Source: an uncultured Odoribacter sp. (GTDB lineage: Bacteria > Bacteroidota > Bacteroidia > Bacteroidales > Marinifilaceae). From it: a DNA stretch of 64,000 nt. The notes under the pieces were generated by a model, which saw only the letters and a program-made list of their open reading frames with translations, did not search any database and had not been told where the DNA came from. A program made the position numbers and the translations under genes. Below, one piece after another: positions 41,810 to 52,635 of this stretch; the first letter of the stretch is position 1, and each line of letters starts with the position of its first letter. The stretch lies in the NCBI GenBank assembly GCA_910589025.1, contig CAJURM010000011.1, positions 675-64,674 on the forward strand, given 5' to 3'.

Positions 41810-43090
41810 ATGGAAAGAGATACCAAAATCTTTGATTTGATTGCCCAGGAATGTCAGCGCCAGAAAGAAGGCATTGAGCTGATTGCTTCTGAAAACTTTG
41901 TCAGTGACGAAGTCATGCAAGCAATGGGTTCCTGTATGACAAACAAATATGCAGAAGGTTATCCCGGTGCCCGCTATTACGGCGGCTGCCAGATTGTTGA
42001 CCAATCGGAACAACTGGCCATTGACCGGGCCTGTAAACTGTTCGGGGCCGAGTATGCCAACGTACAGCCTCACTCCGGAGCACAAGCCAACGCCGCCGTA
42101 TTTTTCGCCTGTATGAAACCCGGCGATACGTATTTAGGATTGGATTTGGCACACGGCGGACACCTCTCCCACGGTTCTCCCGTCAACCTGTCGGGCATCA
42201 ACTATCATCCGATAGCCTATCACGTTAAAGAAGACACCGGATTGGTCGATTACGACGAAATGGAAAAGCTGGCCTTGGAACATAAACCTAAAATGATTGT
42301 TGCCGGTGCTTCCGCTTATTCCAGGGACTGGGACTACAAACGCATGCGCGAGATTGCCGACAAAGTGGGGGCTTTACTGATGTATGACATGGCACATCCC
42401 GCCGGATTGATTGCCAAAGGCCTGTTAAACAATCCGTTTGACTATTGCCACATCGTAACCACCACCACCCATAAAACCTTACGCGGCCCGCGGGGAGGTA
42501 TGATTCTGTTACCGAAAGATTTTCCCAATCCCTGGGGATTGACGACACCGAAAGGCGAAATCAAAATGATGTCGCAAGTCATCAACTTTGCCGTATTCCC
42601 CGGCCAGCAAGGCGGTCCGCTGGAGCATGTGATTGCTGCCAAAGCCGTGGCATTCCATGAAGCCCTTTCCGACTCTTACCTGGAATATGCGAAACAAGTG
42701 CAGAAAAATGCCAAGGTCATGGCCAAGGCCTTTATGGACAAAGGATATAAAGTGGTGTCGGGAGGTACTGACAACCATTGCATGCTGATCGACTTACGCA
42801 CGAAATTTCCGGAACTGACAGGCAAGAAAGCCGAGAACACTTTAGTGAAAGCGGACATTACCATCAACAAAAACATGGTACCCTTCGACAGCCGTTCTCC
42901 TTTCCAGACATCCGGTATCCGCGTGGGGACACCGGCCATAACCACCCGGGGTCTGAAAGAAAACGACATGATAGTCATCGTAGACCTGATCGACCGGATA
43001 TTATCCAACATTGACGACGAAAACACCATTGCACAAGTGAAGAAAGAAGTCAATGCCATGATGAATCCGCGCCCCATGTTTGCCTGGTAA
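41810..43090 (+). CDS. glyA: Serine hydroxymethyltransferase
   Basis: [29 protein letters not shown]; promoter TTTG-20nt-TAAATTTG at 41747-41778. Confidence 0.98.
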   Translation: MERDTKIFDLIAQECQRQKEGIELIASENFVSDEVMQAMGSCMTNKYAEGYPGARYYGGCQIVDQSEQLAIDRACKLFGAEYANVQPHSGAQANAAVFFACMKPGDTYLGLDLAHGGHLSHGSPVNLSGINYHPIAYHVKEDTGLVDYDEMEKLALEHKPKMIVAGASAYSRDWDYKRMREIADKVGALLMYDMAHPAGLIAKGLLNNPFDYCHIVTTTTHKTLRGPRGGMILLPKDFPNPWGLTTPKGEIKMMSQVINFAVFPGQQGGPLEHVIAAKAVAFHEALSDSYLEYAKQVQKNAKVMAKAFMDKGYKVVSGGTDNHCMLIDLRTKFPELTGKKAENTLVKADITINKNMVPFDSRSPFQTSGIRVGTPAITTRGLKENDMIVIVDLIDRILSNIDDENTIAQVKKEVNAMMNPRPMFAW

Positions 43091-43109
43091 GCCGTTCGGA
43101 TAAAACAAC

Positions 43110-43146
43110 AAAACCGGAAGATGTATACACATACTTCCGGTTTTTT
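43110..43146. terminator. Bidirectional terminator after glyA
   Basis: AAAACCGGAAG...CTTCCGGTTTTTT. Confidence 0.8.
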
Positions 43147-43161
43147 GTATTCCAACCGCCC

Positions 43162-44355
43162 TTATTGTTCCAGTATCTTAAAGGCTATATCCAAATAGCG
43201 GGTTATATCGATGGTCATTTCCCGGTCATAAACATCGCTCCGCTTATGTCCCAACCGCACCACTATCGCCTTTTTCTGAGGAATGGCAAAAATATATTGT
43301 CCGCCGAGTCCCCGGAAAGCGGGAAACTCCATGCCACGGTAGTGCATAATCCAAATCTGAAAACCGTAATAATTTAAAGGTCCGTCACCGAACTCATTCT
43401 CCAGGTAGGCCGCCGGAGCAATAGCCTCCTGCATATATTCCGGAGAAATCAGTTGGCGCCCGTTCCAGTCTCCGTTGCGGAGAATCAAACGGGCAAAACG
43501 GGCCACATCCCGCGCCGTGGTGTTAAAACAACAATAGGCTTTCTCATCTCCCCCTTTCCGGTCGAGGTTCCACAAAGCATCGGTACAGGCCTGCATGGGC
43601 TGCCACAGCTTCTCCTGTGCATAATCACTGACCGTCCGCCCGGTGGCCGCTTCCAGAAGCAAGGACAGGACCTGGGTATCTCCGCTCTTGTACGAATAGC
43701 GCTTCCCCGGGTCTTCCGTAACCTCCAGATTCATGACCAGCTCCCGGATATTGTCACCGTAATAAGCCTGGGTAGTCTTGGAAAACAGGCTGGTATATGC
43801 CTCGTCCCAGTTCAATCCGGAACTCATGGTCAGCAGGTTTCGCACCGTCACTTCCGATTTCCTTCCTTCCCGAAATTCGGGCAGATAGAGAGACACTTTG
43901 TCATCCAGGCTCCTGATATAGCCTTCATCGCGGGCGATTCCTACCAGCAGGCCGACAATACTCTTGGTGGCGGAAAAGAGATTGGAGAGCGTGAAGGGAG
44001 TCCAACTGTCGCGGTATTCTTCATACACGACGCTGTCGTTCCGGATAACGAGGAAAGCTACAGTGCCGTACTCGTCCAAATAGGCGCTGTCGGCAGCATC
44101 CAGCCGATAGCGGTTATAGTGTTGCGCTTCCGGCCATTCCCAGCAACTATCCGCTTTCGCAACGACATTCGACTCAAACAGGTAGGTGTCGGATATATCC
44201 GGATACCAATGAATCAATGCTTCGCGCATATACACCGGCATCACCAAAAAGGCAAGTGCCACCAGAAACAATATGCCGGAAGAGATTTGCTGCCAGCGGG
44301 GTATTTTTCTTTGTTTTTTCATCAGGCCATCTTTATTTTCCGAAAGTTTCTTCAC
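43162..44355 (-). CDS. Serine hydrolase, beta-lactamase class C-like family
   Basis: FSATKS (SxxK), LLTMSSGL, YSY; N-terminal TM; start may be the second Met. Confidence 0.85.
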   Translation of the reverse strand: MKKLSENKDGLMKKQRKIPRWQQISSGILFLVALAFLVMPVYMREALIHWYPDISDTYLFESNVVAKADSCWEWPEAQHYNRYRLDAADSAYLDEYGTVAFLVIRNDSVVYEEYRDSWTPFTLSNLFSATKSIVGLLVGIARDEGYIRSLDDKVSLYLPEFREGRKSEVTVRNLLTMSSGLNWDEAYTSLFSKTTQAYYGDNIRELVMNLEVTEDPGKRYSYKSGDTQVLSLLLEAATGRTVSDYAQEKLWQPMQACTDALWNLDRKGGDEKAYCCFNTTARDVARFARLILRNGDWNGRQLISPEYMQEAIAPAAYLENEFGDGPLNYYGFQIWIMHYRGMEFPAFRGLGGQYIFAIPQKKAIVVRLGHKRSDVYDREMTIDITRYLDIAFKILEQ

Positions 44356-44827
44356 ATTTCCGCAAATCGTCCGTCGACAACTTGGCCGGCAGGAACTGAT
44401 CTACATTTCCGCCGTTCATATACACATTTCTCACAATGGTAGAACTGATAAACGTATGGACGGTGGAAGTCAGAATAAACACGGTCTCCACGTCCGCATC
44501 CATAGCCCGGTTCGCCTGTCCGACAGCACGTTCATACTCAAAATCGGCTGCCGTCCTCAAGCCCCGGATGATGGCATGGGCTTTCATCTCCCGGCAAAAA
44601 TCAACGGTCAATCCCGAATAGGCCGCCACCTCCACCCGGTCGGTATGCCGGAACACTTTTTTTATCAGTTCCACCCGGCAGTTCACATCCAGAAATTCCT
44701 TTTTCAGGGCGTTCACTCCGACGGCAATAATAATCTTATCAAACACTTTCAGTCCGCGGTTGACAATCTCTTCGTGTCCGATGGTAAACGGGTCAAAAGA
44801 GCCCGGAAATATTGCTATTCTTTCCAT
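44333..44827 (-). CDS. coaD: Phosphopantetheine adenylyltransferase
   Basis: PGSFDPFTIGH, IRGLR..DFEYE, ISST. Confidence 0.96.
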   Translation of the reverse strand: MERIAIFPGSFDPFTIGHEEIVNRGLKVFDKIIIAVGVNALKKEFLDVNCRVELIKKVFRHTDRVEVAAYSGLTVDFCREMKAHAIIRGLRTAADFEYERAVGQANRAMDADVETVFILTSTVHTFISSTIVRNVYMNGGNVDQFLPAKLSTDDLRKCEETFGK

Positions 44828-45084
44828 AATTTTCCACTAAATACTCCGGGACTTTCCGCTCTCCCGGATTCCTTTTCTTTCAGGTTTGCAAACATAGCCA
44901 ATCATACGTTATAAAAGAAAGAAATAGGCCAAAAAGTCGGAATTTGGTTTTAATTTAAAACCAGATACTCTCCAGGGAAAACAAATAGCGATTTTTTTCC
45001 ATAATTTTCTTTGAATCCGATACAGGATATCGGTTTATTTAATAAGTTTGTAGAAGCAAAAAATAAAACTAAACACAATAAATT

Positions 45085-46932
45085 ATGTCACAAAAACTTT
45101 TAATCCGGGATCTTACCCTGCGCGACGGACAGCAGTCTTCCTTTGCCACCCGAATGACTCAGCAACAAATCGACCGGGTATTACCTTTTTATAAAGATGC
45201 AAATTTCTATGCGATGGAAGTCTGGGGCGGTGCAGTGCCCGACTCCGTGATGCGCTATCTGAATGAAAATCCGTGGGACCGTCTGGAAAAAATCAAAGCC
45301 GCCGTAGGCAATGTGTCCAAACTGACCGCTTTATCACGGGGCCGTAATTTATTCGGTTATGCCCCTTATACGGACGAAATCATCGACGGTTTCTGCCGCA
45401 ATTCCATCGAGTCCGGTTTGGGCATCATGCGTATTTTCGATGCGCTGAACGATGTGAACAACGTAAAATCAACCGTGAAATACGTAAAGCAGTATGGCGG
45501 TATGGCCGATTGTGCCGTGTGTTACACGATTGACCCCAAATACCCGAAACTCAGCTTTTTTGACAAACTGAGAGACAAGAAAAACCCGGCTCCGGTATTC
45601 ACCAACGAATACTTTTTAGACAAGGCGAAACAAATGGCAGCTTTGGGTGCCGACATGATTACCATCAAGGACATGAGCGGCTTGATTCAGCCGTCCAGAA
45701 TTGCCGAATTAATTCCGTTATTCAAGAAACACCTTTCCATTCCCATCGATTTCCACACCCACTGTACTCCCGGCTACGGCTTGGGCGCCGTGTTAATGGC
45801 CATCATCAAGGGAGTAGACGTCGTGGATACCAATATCTGGAACTTCGCCGGCGGTACGGGAGCGCCCGCTATTGAACTGGTATACATCTTCTGTAAGAAA
45901 TTAGGCGTTGAGCTGGATGTCAATATGGAAGCGGTAGCTAAAATCAACCAGGAGCTGTACGGCATCCGGAAAGAGCTGGAAGCCGTGGACGCTACCAAAC
46001 AATTCCCGAATCCGTTTAACCCGCTGACAGACACACTGCCTGCCCACATCGACAAAGAGTTTGACAAGGCTATCGAAGCAGCCCGCAACAACAATGAAGA
46101 GGCATTGCTGAACGCCTGCCACGCCATCGAGGCCTATTTCAATTTCCCGAAACCCAATGAGCTAGTAAAGAAAGCCGAAGTGCCGGGAGGTATGTACAGC
46201 AACATGGTAGCCCAGCTGAAACAGCTGAACTCGATGGACATCCTGGAAAAAGCCATGGAATTGATTCCGACGGTGCGTCTGGCTGCCGGTCTTCCTCCGT
46301 TGGTAACCCCGACGAGCCAGATTGTAGGTGCCCAAGCCGTTAACTGCGCCCTGGACATCAAAGCCGGCAAACCGATGTACAGCAATGTATCCAACCAGTT
46401 TGTCAATTTAGTGAAAGGCGAATACGGAAAAACTCCGGTGCCTGTTGACCCGGAATTCCGTCTGAAAATTGCCGGTACGCGGGAAGAAATTCCTTACGAC
46501 ACGTCCAAATACCAGATGCAGCCTAATCCGACCTTACCGGAAGCCGGCGGCGTAAAACTGGCTGAAAACGAAAAAGAAGTCCTGCTGCTCGAACTGTTCC
46601 CGCAGGTAGCCAAAAACTTCCTCACCAAACAGAAAGAAGCCCGCTACCAGGCAGAACACAAGGAGGAAGAGGTGAAACAAGAAGCCAGTCAGGAAGTAAA
46701 AGAAGAACCGATCACCGGGAAAGTGGTGGAAGCTCCCATGCCGGGTAGTATTTTCAAACTGCAGGTGCAAGTAGGCGACACGGTAAGTAAAGGACAGTCG
46801 GTTATCATTCTGGAAGCCATGAAGATGGAAAACAACATCGCTTCGGATTATGCCGGAAAGGTAAAACGTATCTTTGTCAAAGAAGGCATGTCCGTTCAGG
46901 CCGGAGCCAAACTGATTGAAATCGAAGTCTGA
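45085..46932 (+). CDS. Carboxyltransferase plus biotin carrier (oxaloacetate decarboxylase alpha/pyruvate carboxylase B type)
   Basis: LRDGQQS, IKDMSG, HTHCT, VPGGMYSN, PPLVTPTSQIVG, EAMKM. Confidence 0.9.
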   Translation: MSQKLLIRDLTLRDGQQSSFATRMTQQQIDRVLPFYKDANFYAMEVWGGAVPDSVMRYLNENPWDRLEKIKAAVGNVSKLTALSRGRNLFGYAPYTDEIIDGFCRNSIESGLGIMRIFDALNDVNNVKSTVKYVKQYGGMADCAVCYTIDPKYPKLSFFDKLRDKKNPAPVFTNEYFLDKAKQMAALGADMITIKDMSGLIQPSRIAELIPLFKKHLSIPIDFHTHCTPGYGLGAVLMAIIKGVDVVDTNIWNFAGGTGAPAIELVYIFCKKLGVELDVNMEAVAKINQELYGIRKELEAVDATKQFPNPFNPLTDTLPAHIDKEFDKAIEAARNNNEEALLNACHAIEAYFNFPKPNELVKKAEVPGGMYSNMVAQLKQLNSMDILEKAMELIPTVRLAAGLPPLVTPTSQIVGAQAVNCALDIKAGKPMYSNVSNQFVNLVKGEYGKTPVPVDPEFRLKIAGTREEIPYDTSKYQMQPNPTLPEAGGVKLAENEKEVLLLELFPQVAKNFLTKQKEARYQAEHKEEEVKQEASQEVKEEPITGKVVEAPMPGSIFKLQVQVGDTVSKGQSVIILEAMKMENNIASDYAGKVKRIFVKEGMSVQAGAKLIEIEV

Positions 46933-47003
46933 TTCGACTTATTTTCTAATTATAATCCATAAGGCTGGGAGGCCTTATGGATTTTTATTTGGCTTCTTCT
47001 CTG

Positions 47004-47408
47004 CTAAACAAATACCGGGAACCCGATTTCTTCATTCCGGGCATCCACTGACGCGCGGATGTCTTTTTCCGGTTCTCCTGCCATTTCCGCCTGTATGGCT
47101 GCATTATTAATGCGTGCAAACTGATGTCCGCTGCGAAAATCTTCATACCGTTCCTCCACCATCTCCGCAAAACGGGCACAACGTCCCTCCTCTCCCAACT
47201 CGTCAAATTCCTCTTCCGTTTCTTCCAGCAAATCCAGTATGAACTCAGCAGCCCAACTGCCCAGTTCCCTCTCTTTGTTCCAATCGGGGTTATAGCGGTT
47301 CAACACGCCTATCACTTCTTTCAGATATGCCGTCTCCCCCCACTCTTCATACACCTGCATGATTTCCTCGTTTTCAGCATAACCGGCTAACTGTTCTTTC
47401 CAATTCAT
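47004..47408 (-). CDS. Hypothetical acidic protein
   Basis: Glu-rich ORF followed by a shared hairpin at 46954-46986; start uncertain (47408 or 47426). Confidence 0.7.
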   Translation of the reverse strand: MNWKEQLAGYAENEEIMQVYEEWGETAYLKEVIGVLNRYNPDWNKERELGSWAAEFILDLLEETEEEFDELGEEGRCARFAEMVEERYEDFRSGHQFARINNAAIQAEMAGEPEKDIRASVDARNEEIGFPVFV

Positions 47409-47467
47409 TTCTGTTATAATTTTCAAATGCTTGCGACTTTCAAAAATAATAAAAAACTTTATGCGGC

Positions 47468-48043
47468 TTACTCCTGTTGTGAAAACAACTTTATCATTTT
47501 CTCTTCCAATTTCCGAACCGCTATCCGGGCTTTTTCCGGTTCAACCGAAGCTCCGCATTTTATCAAAACGATTTTTCCCTGTGTATCTGTAATGATATTG
47601 GTAGGAAAACCATCATTGAAATTAAGGCGATAACTTTCCGCATCGGATAACGGGCAAACAGGATAAGGGATATGAAGTTTACGCACACATTTTTCTGCGT
47701 CTTCCGGATATTCCCGAACGAAAGAAAGCAACTGAAATTCCGGATGATTCTGGTATTTCAGATACAAGTCATTCAGTGCAGGCATTTCTGCCATACACGG
47801 TGCACAAGATTCAAACCAAAAATTAATCAGCGTGACTTTTCCGCGCAACTCTTTCTCTGTAACCGTGTCTCCCGACAACGTAACTACCTTAAAAGCAGGG
47901 TAATCCGTCCCATATTTCGACTGCCGGACACTATCACGCCTTTTTTCAAACTTTTTAATGCGTTCATCCTCACTGATCGTATTCTGCCCATACAATATAA
48001 CGAAAGAAAACAAAACCAGAATAGTTAAAATCGTCCTTTTCAT
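47468..48043 (-). CDS. TlpA-family thiol-disulfide oxidoreductase
   Basis: Signal peptide; INFWFESCAPCMAEMP; GFPT. Confidence 0.9.
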   Translation of the reverse strand: MKRTILTILVLFSFVILYGQNTISEDERIKKFEKRRDSVRQSKYGTDYPAFKVVTLSGDTVTEKELRGKVTLINFWFESCAPCMAEMPALNDLYLKYQNHPEFQLLSFVREYPEDAEKCVRKLHIPYPVCPLSDAESYRLNFNDGFPTNIITDTQGKIVLIKCGASVEPEKARIAVRKLEEKMIKLFSQQE

Positions 48044-48181
48044 ATTCTTCCTGAATTTAATAGCAAAAATAGTAAAATCCGAACAGAGCGGTGTTACCCG
48101 TCGCTATATTCTCCTCAGAAGAGAGGGGACACGGCTATATCACGACTTTTTCATATATTTGCAGACGGATTGGAGTTTTTT

Positions 48182-48697
48182 ATGAGAAATATTGTTTTAT
48201 TGTGTATTGTCTGTGCGGGATTTTTGTTCGGTTCGTGCAGCAGCAGCCGTCATATCGGCAAAAGTTCCTCTGCCGGGCAAGTTTCGGAGAAATTGGGTTT
48301 CCCCGTCTCAAAGAAAGACCGTCAGCTCCCGCTGTATACAGAAGCTGTCCACTGGCTGGGAGTGCCTTATAAATACGGAGGGAACACATCCAAGGGAGTG
48401 GACTGTTCGGGGTTGGTGTGTAACATCTACCGGAAAGTATACGGGCAGAAACTGGAACGTACCGTGGCAGGCATGTATAAAAAGAATTGCCGGAAGATTT
48501 CGCGCAACGCTCTCCGACCGGGTGACCTGGTCTTTTTCAATACCGCCAAGACAAAAAAATCCATCAGTCATGTCGGTATTTTCCTGAAGGGCAATACGTT
48601 CATACACGCCACGACTCACAGCGGCGTACGCCTCAGCACGCTGGATGAAACCTATTACAAAAAACGCTGGATCAGCGGAGGGAAAGTAAAAAAATAG
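48182..48697 (+). CDS. NlpC/P60 (C40) lipoprotein peptidase
   Basis: Lipobox FGSC; PYKYGG, DCSG, GDLVFF, HVGI, FIHA. Confidence 0.93.
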   Translation: MRNIVLLCIVCAGFLFGSCSSSRHIGKSSSAGQVSEKLGFPVSKKDRQLPLYTEAVHWLGVPYKYGGNTSKGVDCSGLVCNIYRKVYGQKLERTVAGMYKKNCRKISRNALRPGDLVFFNTAKTKKSISHVGIFLKGNTFIHATTHSGVRLSTLDETYYKKRWISGGKVKK

Positions 48698-48713
48698 CCC
48701 CCGGCATGCGCTT

Positions 48714-49019
48714 TTAAAGGTGTTTTTCTATCCATGCCTGTAAAGCGGCAGCCTCCATGAGTCCGCTTTGCCTCCACACGATGTCGCCTTTTTTATACAA
48801 CACCAGCGTCGGTACGGATTGTATCTGCAAGGCGTTGACCAATTGCCGGTTTGTTCCCCCGTCCACGTCTATTTTAATCACGTGTATGCGGTCGCCCATC
48901 CGGTCTTTCAACTCTTCCAAAACAGGGTGCATCGCTTTGCAAGGACCGCACCAGGTAGCAAAAAAATCAACCAGCACGGGCTTTTCGCCTTTTATCAAAT
49001 CGTCAAATTTTTCCATCAC
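48714..49019 (-). CDS. trxA: Thioredoxin
   Basis: DFFATWCGPCK, SVPT. Confidence 0.9.
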   Translation of the reverse strand: MMEKFDDLIKGEKPVLVDFFATWCGPCKAMHPVLEELKDRMGDRIHVIKIDVDGGTNRQLVNALQIQSVPTLVLYKKGDIVWRQSGLMEAAALQAWIEKHL

Positions 49020-49134
49020 TTTTCTTTCTGTTTCTCATTCCGTTTCTCCTGTATATACTCCCTTCCGGCAGGATAAGTTACAGGAATAAAAAACGCTGCC
49101 CGTCAGGCAGCGTTTCTTATCTTCCATTCCCGTA

Positions 49135-49914
49135 TTATCCGAGATAGCCTTTCATGATGCCCCGTTTACTGTTGCGGACAAACATGATAATTTCGTCCCG
49201 TTCTTTGGAGGCGGGCATTTCCGCTTCGATCCGTTCAATGGCATCCGAATTGTTCAGTCCGGATTGGTATAAAATACGGTAGATATCCTGTATCTCGTTT
49301 ATCTTCTCATTGGAAAACTCCCGGCGGCGCAGACCGATGGAGTTCACTCCCGCATAAGAAAGCGGCAGCCGTCCGGCTTTCACATAGGGAGGTACGTCTT
49401 TTCCTATCAGGGAACCGCCCTGTATCATCACATGTTTTCCGATGTGGACAAACTGATGTACGGCAGACATTCCGCCCAGGATAGCAAAATCATCGACAAC
49501 GACTTCTCCGGCCAACTGGCAGGCATTCGTAATGATGCAGTTGTTGCCAATCAGACAGTCATGAGCGATATGCGAGTAAGCCATAATCAGACAGTTGTTG
49601 CCAATCTGGGTTACTCCTTTGGCAGCCGTACCCCGGTTCACGGTAGCACACTCCCTGATGGTCGTGTTATCCCCGATTTTTACAATGGATTTTTCACCTC
49701 TGAACTTCAAATCCTGAGGTACTGCTGAAATGACAGCTCCCGGAAATATCTTACAATTTTTTCCAATATGTGCACCCTCGAGAATCGTAACATTGGAACC
49801 GATGCGGGTCCCTTCTTCAATCACCACATTCTTATCAATTGTTACAAACGGCTCAATAACCACGTTATCAGCGATCTGAGCTTCCGGATGAACATAGGCT
49901 AACGGTTGTTTCAT
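49135..49914 (-). CDS. lpxA: UDP-N-acetylglucosamine acyltransferase
   Basis: Hexapeptide repeats, PQDLKF, HIAHDC, HQF, NSIGLRRR; terminator at 49088-49115. Confidence 0.96.
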   Translation of the reverse strand: MKQPLAYVHPEAQIADNVVIEPFVTIDKNVVIEEGTRIGSNVTILEGAHIGKNCKIFPGAVISAVPQDLKFRGEKSIVKIGDNTTIRECATVNRGTAAKGVTQIGNNCLIMAYSHIAHDCLIGNNCIITNACQLAGEVVVDDFAILGGMSAVHQFVHIGKHVMIQGGSLIGKDVPPYVKAGRLPLSYAGVNSIGLRRREFSNEKINEIQDIYRILYQSGLNNSDAIERIEAEMPASKERDEIIMFVRNSKRGIMKGYLG

Positions 49915-49974
49915 TCGTATATTATTTAGTGAGCAAGTTGGCTGGATCTCTATTTCCAGCCTGCAAATATAATA

Positions 49975-51375
49975 TTAATTCTTGGTTTTTGCGACCTGTG
50001 CCATAAATTCTCCTTCACATACTAATTTCCCTCCCACAAAAGCATAGCCTTTCATTGTCACCACGCCGCGTTTGACCGGTGCCAGCGTAAGCAGTTTGAA
50101 TACGAGGGTATCCCCGGGAACCACTTTTTTCCGGAATTTGATACCATCGATTTTCATGAAATAGGTGGAATAGTTTTCCGGGTCAGGCACTCCGCTCAAC
50201 ACCAGGATACCTCCGCATTGTGCCATGGCTTCCACGATAAGTACGCCCGGCATGACCGGCTCTTCCGGGAAATGGCCGACAAAATGGGGTTCGTTCATGG
50301 TCACGTTCTTACAACCGATGACCATGTTTTCCGTAACCTTAAATATTTTATCCACCAGCAAGAAGGGAGGACGATGGGGCAATAAGCTGCGGATTTTATT
50401 AATATCCATCAGAGGTTCCCCCAAAACATCTATATCATCGGGATAGGCATCGTCTTTTTCCGCCGCCAGGATGGCTTTATACATTTTCTGTGCCAGGGCT
50501 GCATTGGCTTTATGTCCCGGCCGTTCTGCAATCACCCGGCCTTTGATAAAGCGGCCGCAAAGAGCCAGGTCACCGATCACATCCAACAATTTGTGGCGTG
50601 CCGGTTCGTTGTCGAAGTAAAGTTCCAGGTTGTTCAGGATGCCTTCTTTCACTTCCACATTTTCGCAATTAAACAGTTTGGACAGGCGGCTGACCTCCTC
50701 TACCGAAGTTTTCCGGTCCGCAATGACAATGGCATTCTGCAAATCTCCGCCTTTGATCAGATTCTGGGCAAACAAGGCTTCCACTTCCCTCAAAAAGACG
50801 AATGTACGGCAGGGCGCTATCTCTTTGGCAAAATCCGTGCCGGCCAAAGAATAGGTAGCGTACTGCATGGAGAGGTAAGGGGAATCATAGGCCACCACCA
50901 AATTGACGTTATAGTCCTCATCCGGCAGTAAAGTCAGTCTTGTCTGCGTCTCTTCGCACACATACTCCATTTTTTCCTTGACCTGGAAATAGCGGCGCTC
51001 GCTTTCCTGTTCCACCAGTCCGGTCTTCTCAATAGCTTCTACATAATATCGGGCACTTCCGTCCAGTATCGGAAATTCTTCCCCGTTGATTTCAATCAGG
51101 CAATTGTCCACCCCACATCCGTATAAAGCGGCCATGGCATGTTCCATGGTAAAAATTTTCACTCCGTCTTTCTCCAGACAACTGGCTCTGTCGGCAAATT
51201 TCACATAAGCTGCCAAAGCGGGCACCACCGGTTTGTCTTCCAAATCGGTTCTCACAATACGGTATCCGGTATTTTCGGGAGCCGGTTTAAATACGGCACA
51301 AACTTCCTTACCAGTATGCAATCCCTTGCCTTGAAGAGAAAATTCTCCTTTTAACGTGTTTTGTTTCACTGACAT
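49975..51375 (-). CDS. lpxC/fabZ: Bifunctional LpxC deacetylase/FabZ dehydratase
   Basis: GLHTG, TMEH, RHKLLDVIGD; LPHRPPFLLVD, GHFP..PVMPGVL. Confidence 0.96.
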   Translation of the reverse strand: MSVKQNTLKGEFSLQGKGLHTGKEVCAVFKPAPENTGYRIVRTDLEDKPVVPALAAYVKFADRASCLEKDGVKIFTMEHAMAALYGCGVDNCLIEINGEEFPILDGSARYYVEAIEKTGLVEQESERRYFQVKEKMEYVCEETQTRLTLLPDEDYNVNLVVAYDSPYLSMQYATYSLAGTDFAKEIAPCRTFVFLREVEALFAQNLIKGGDLQNAIVIADRKTSVEEVSRLSKLFNCENVEVKEGILNNLELYFDNEPARHKLLDVIGDLALCGRFIKGRVIAERPGHKANAALAQKMYKAILAAEKDDAYPDDIDVLGEPLMDINKIRSLLPHRPPFLLVDKIFKVTENMVIGCKNVTMNEPHFVGHFPEEPVMPGVLIVEAMAQCGGILVLSGVPDPENYSTYFMKIDGIKFRKKVVPGDTLVFKLLTLAPVKRGVVTMKGYAFVGGKLVCEGEFMAQVAKTKN

Positions 51376-51382
51376 TATGTTT

Positions 51383-52408
51383 TTACTTTAATGTTTGAAT
51401 ATCTTTTTTTAAATCCCGGATTTGCCCATATAATTCAGGCAGTTTGCGGAACAGTACATAGGCTTTTTTATACTGGGCGACATCAAAAGCCGGAGCCCCC
51501 ATAAATATTTTCCCCGCTTCTATATCTCCCATCACACCGCTCTGGGCTGCCAGATGCACGCCGTCACCGATAGAGATATGCCCGGCGATACCGACTTGTC
51601 CGCCAAACATACAGTTCGCACCGACTTTCGCGGTTCCTGCCACTCCGCACTGAGCAGCCATCACCGTATTCTCACCCACTACCACATTGTGGGCTATCTG
51701 TATCAGATTATCGAGTTTCACCCCTTTCCCTATCCGCGTCGCCCCCATGGTAGCCCGGTCGATACAGCTATTGGCACCTATTTCCACATTGTCTTCAATG
51801 ATCACATTCCCGATCTGTGCCACTTTGTTGTATCCGTCTGTTGAAGGAGCAAATCCGAAGCCGTCGGCTCCGATCACCGTGCCCGCATGAATCGTACACG
51901 AGTTTCCGATCTCACAACCGTAATAAATTTTTACGCCGGCATATACCGTCGTATTATCGCCGATTTTCACCCCGTCTCCGATATAGGCCTGCGGATAAAT
52001 CCGGACGTTCTTACCGAGTTTCGCCCCTTTTCCTATGTAGGCAAAAGCTCCGATATAATGTCCTTCTCCTATTTCCGCCGTCTCATGGATGAAAGCAGGC
52101 TGCTCGATACCGGACGGTTGTGGCCGCATATTTTCATACATTTTCAATAACACGGCAATGGCTTCGTATGCGGAAGGCACCCTTATCAACGTGCACGACA
52201 AGGGAGCGGAAGGCTGAAAATCCGCATTGACCAACACGATGGAAGCCTCCGTCGTATAAATATAATGCTCATATTTAGGGTTAGCCAGGAAAGCCAGGGT
52301 ATGAGGTTTTCCCTCTTCTATTTTCGAAACATTGTTTACCGTAACATTTTCGTCACCTTCCACCACACCACGCAGTAAGGACGCAATGTCTTTCGCTTTA
52401 AACTCCAT
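51383..52408 (-). CDS. lpxD: UDP-3-O-(3-hydroxymyristoyl)glucosamine N-acyltransferase
   Basis: FLANPKY, GADGFGF, IDRA, LDNLIQIAHNV. Confidence 0.96.
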   Translation of the reverse strand: MEFKAKDIASLLRGVVEGDENVTVNNVSKIEEGKPHTLAFLANPKYEHYIYTTEASIVLVNADFQPSAPLSCTLIRVPSAYEAIAVLLKMYENMRPQPSGIEQPAFIHETAEIGEGHYIGAFAYIGKGAKLGKNVRIYPQAYIGDGVKIGDNTTVYAGVKIYYGCEIGNSCTIHAGTVIGADGFGFAPSTDGYNKVAQIGNVIIEDNVEIGANSCIDRATMGATRIGKGVKLDNLIQIAHNVVVGENTVMAAQCGVAGTAKVGANCMFGGQVGIAGHISIGDGVHLAAQSGVMGDIEAGKIFMGAPAFDVAQYKKAYVLFRKLPELYGQIRDLKKDIQTLK

Positions 52409-52513
52409 ACAAATAAATTTTCCGCAAACTTACTAATTTTATTTATAAAAACTCCCCCGTTCCCGTTTTTCATGTTAAATATGGCTGATTTCCTTTATTT
52501 TTCTGTCCCGGAG

Positions 52514-52594
52514 TTTGCTAATTCAATATTTTACACTACATTTGCACCGAATCAGGAAATAAAATCGAAGAGGGGACTGCCAGTCCCCTTTTCT
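52514..52594 (+). promoter_or_regulatory. rimP operon promoter and leader hairpin
   Basis: TTTG-19nt-TACATTTG; AGGGGACT-GCC-AGTCCCCT-TTT hairpin in the 5' UTR. Confidence 0.65.
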
Positions 52595-52635
52595 GTTGCC
52601 TGTCGGCAGACAAATCCGGTGTAAAAAACAACAGC

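Noticed and set aside
43162..44355. Serine hydrolase as an antibiotic resistance gene
   Set aside because: SxxK family membership alone does not imply beta-lactamase activity; it is coupled to housekeeping coaD.
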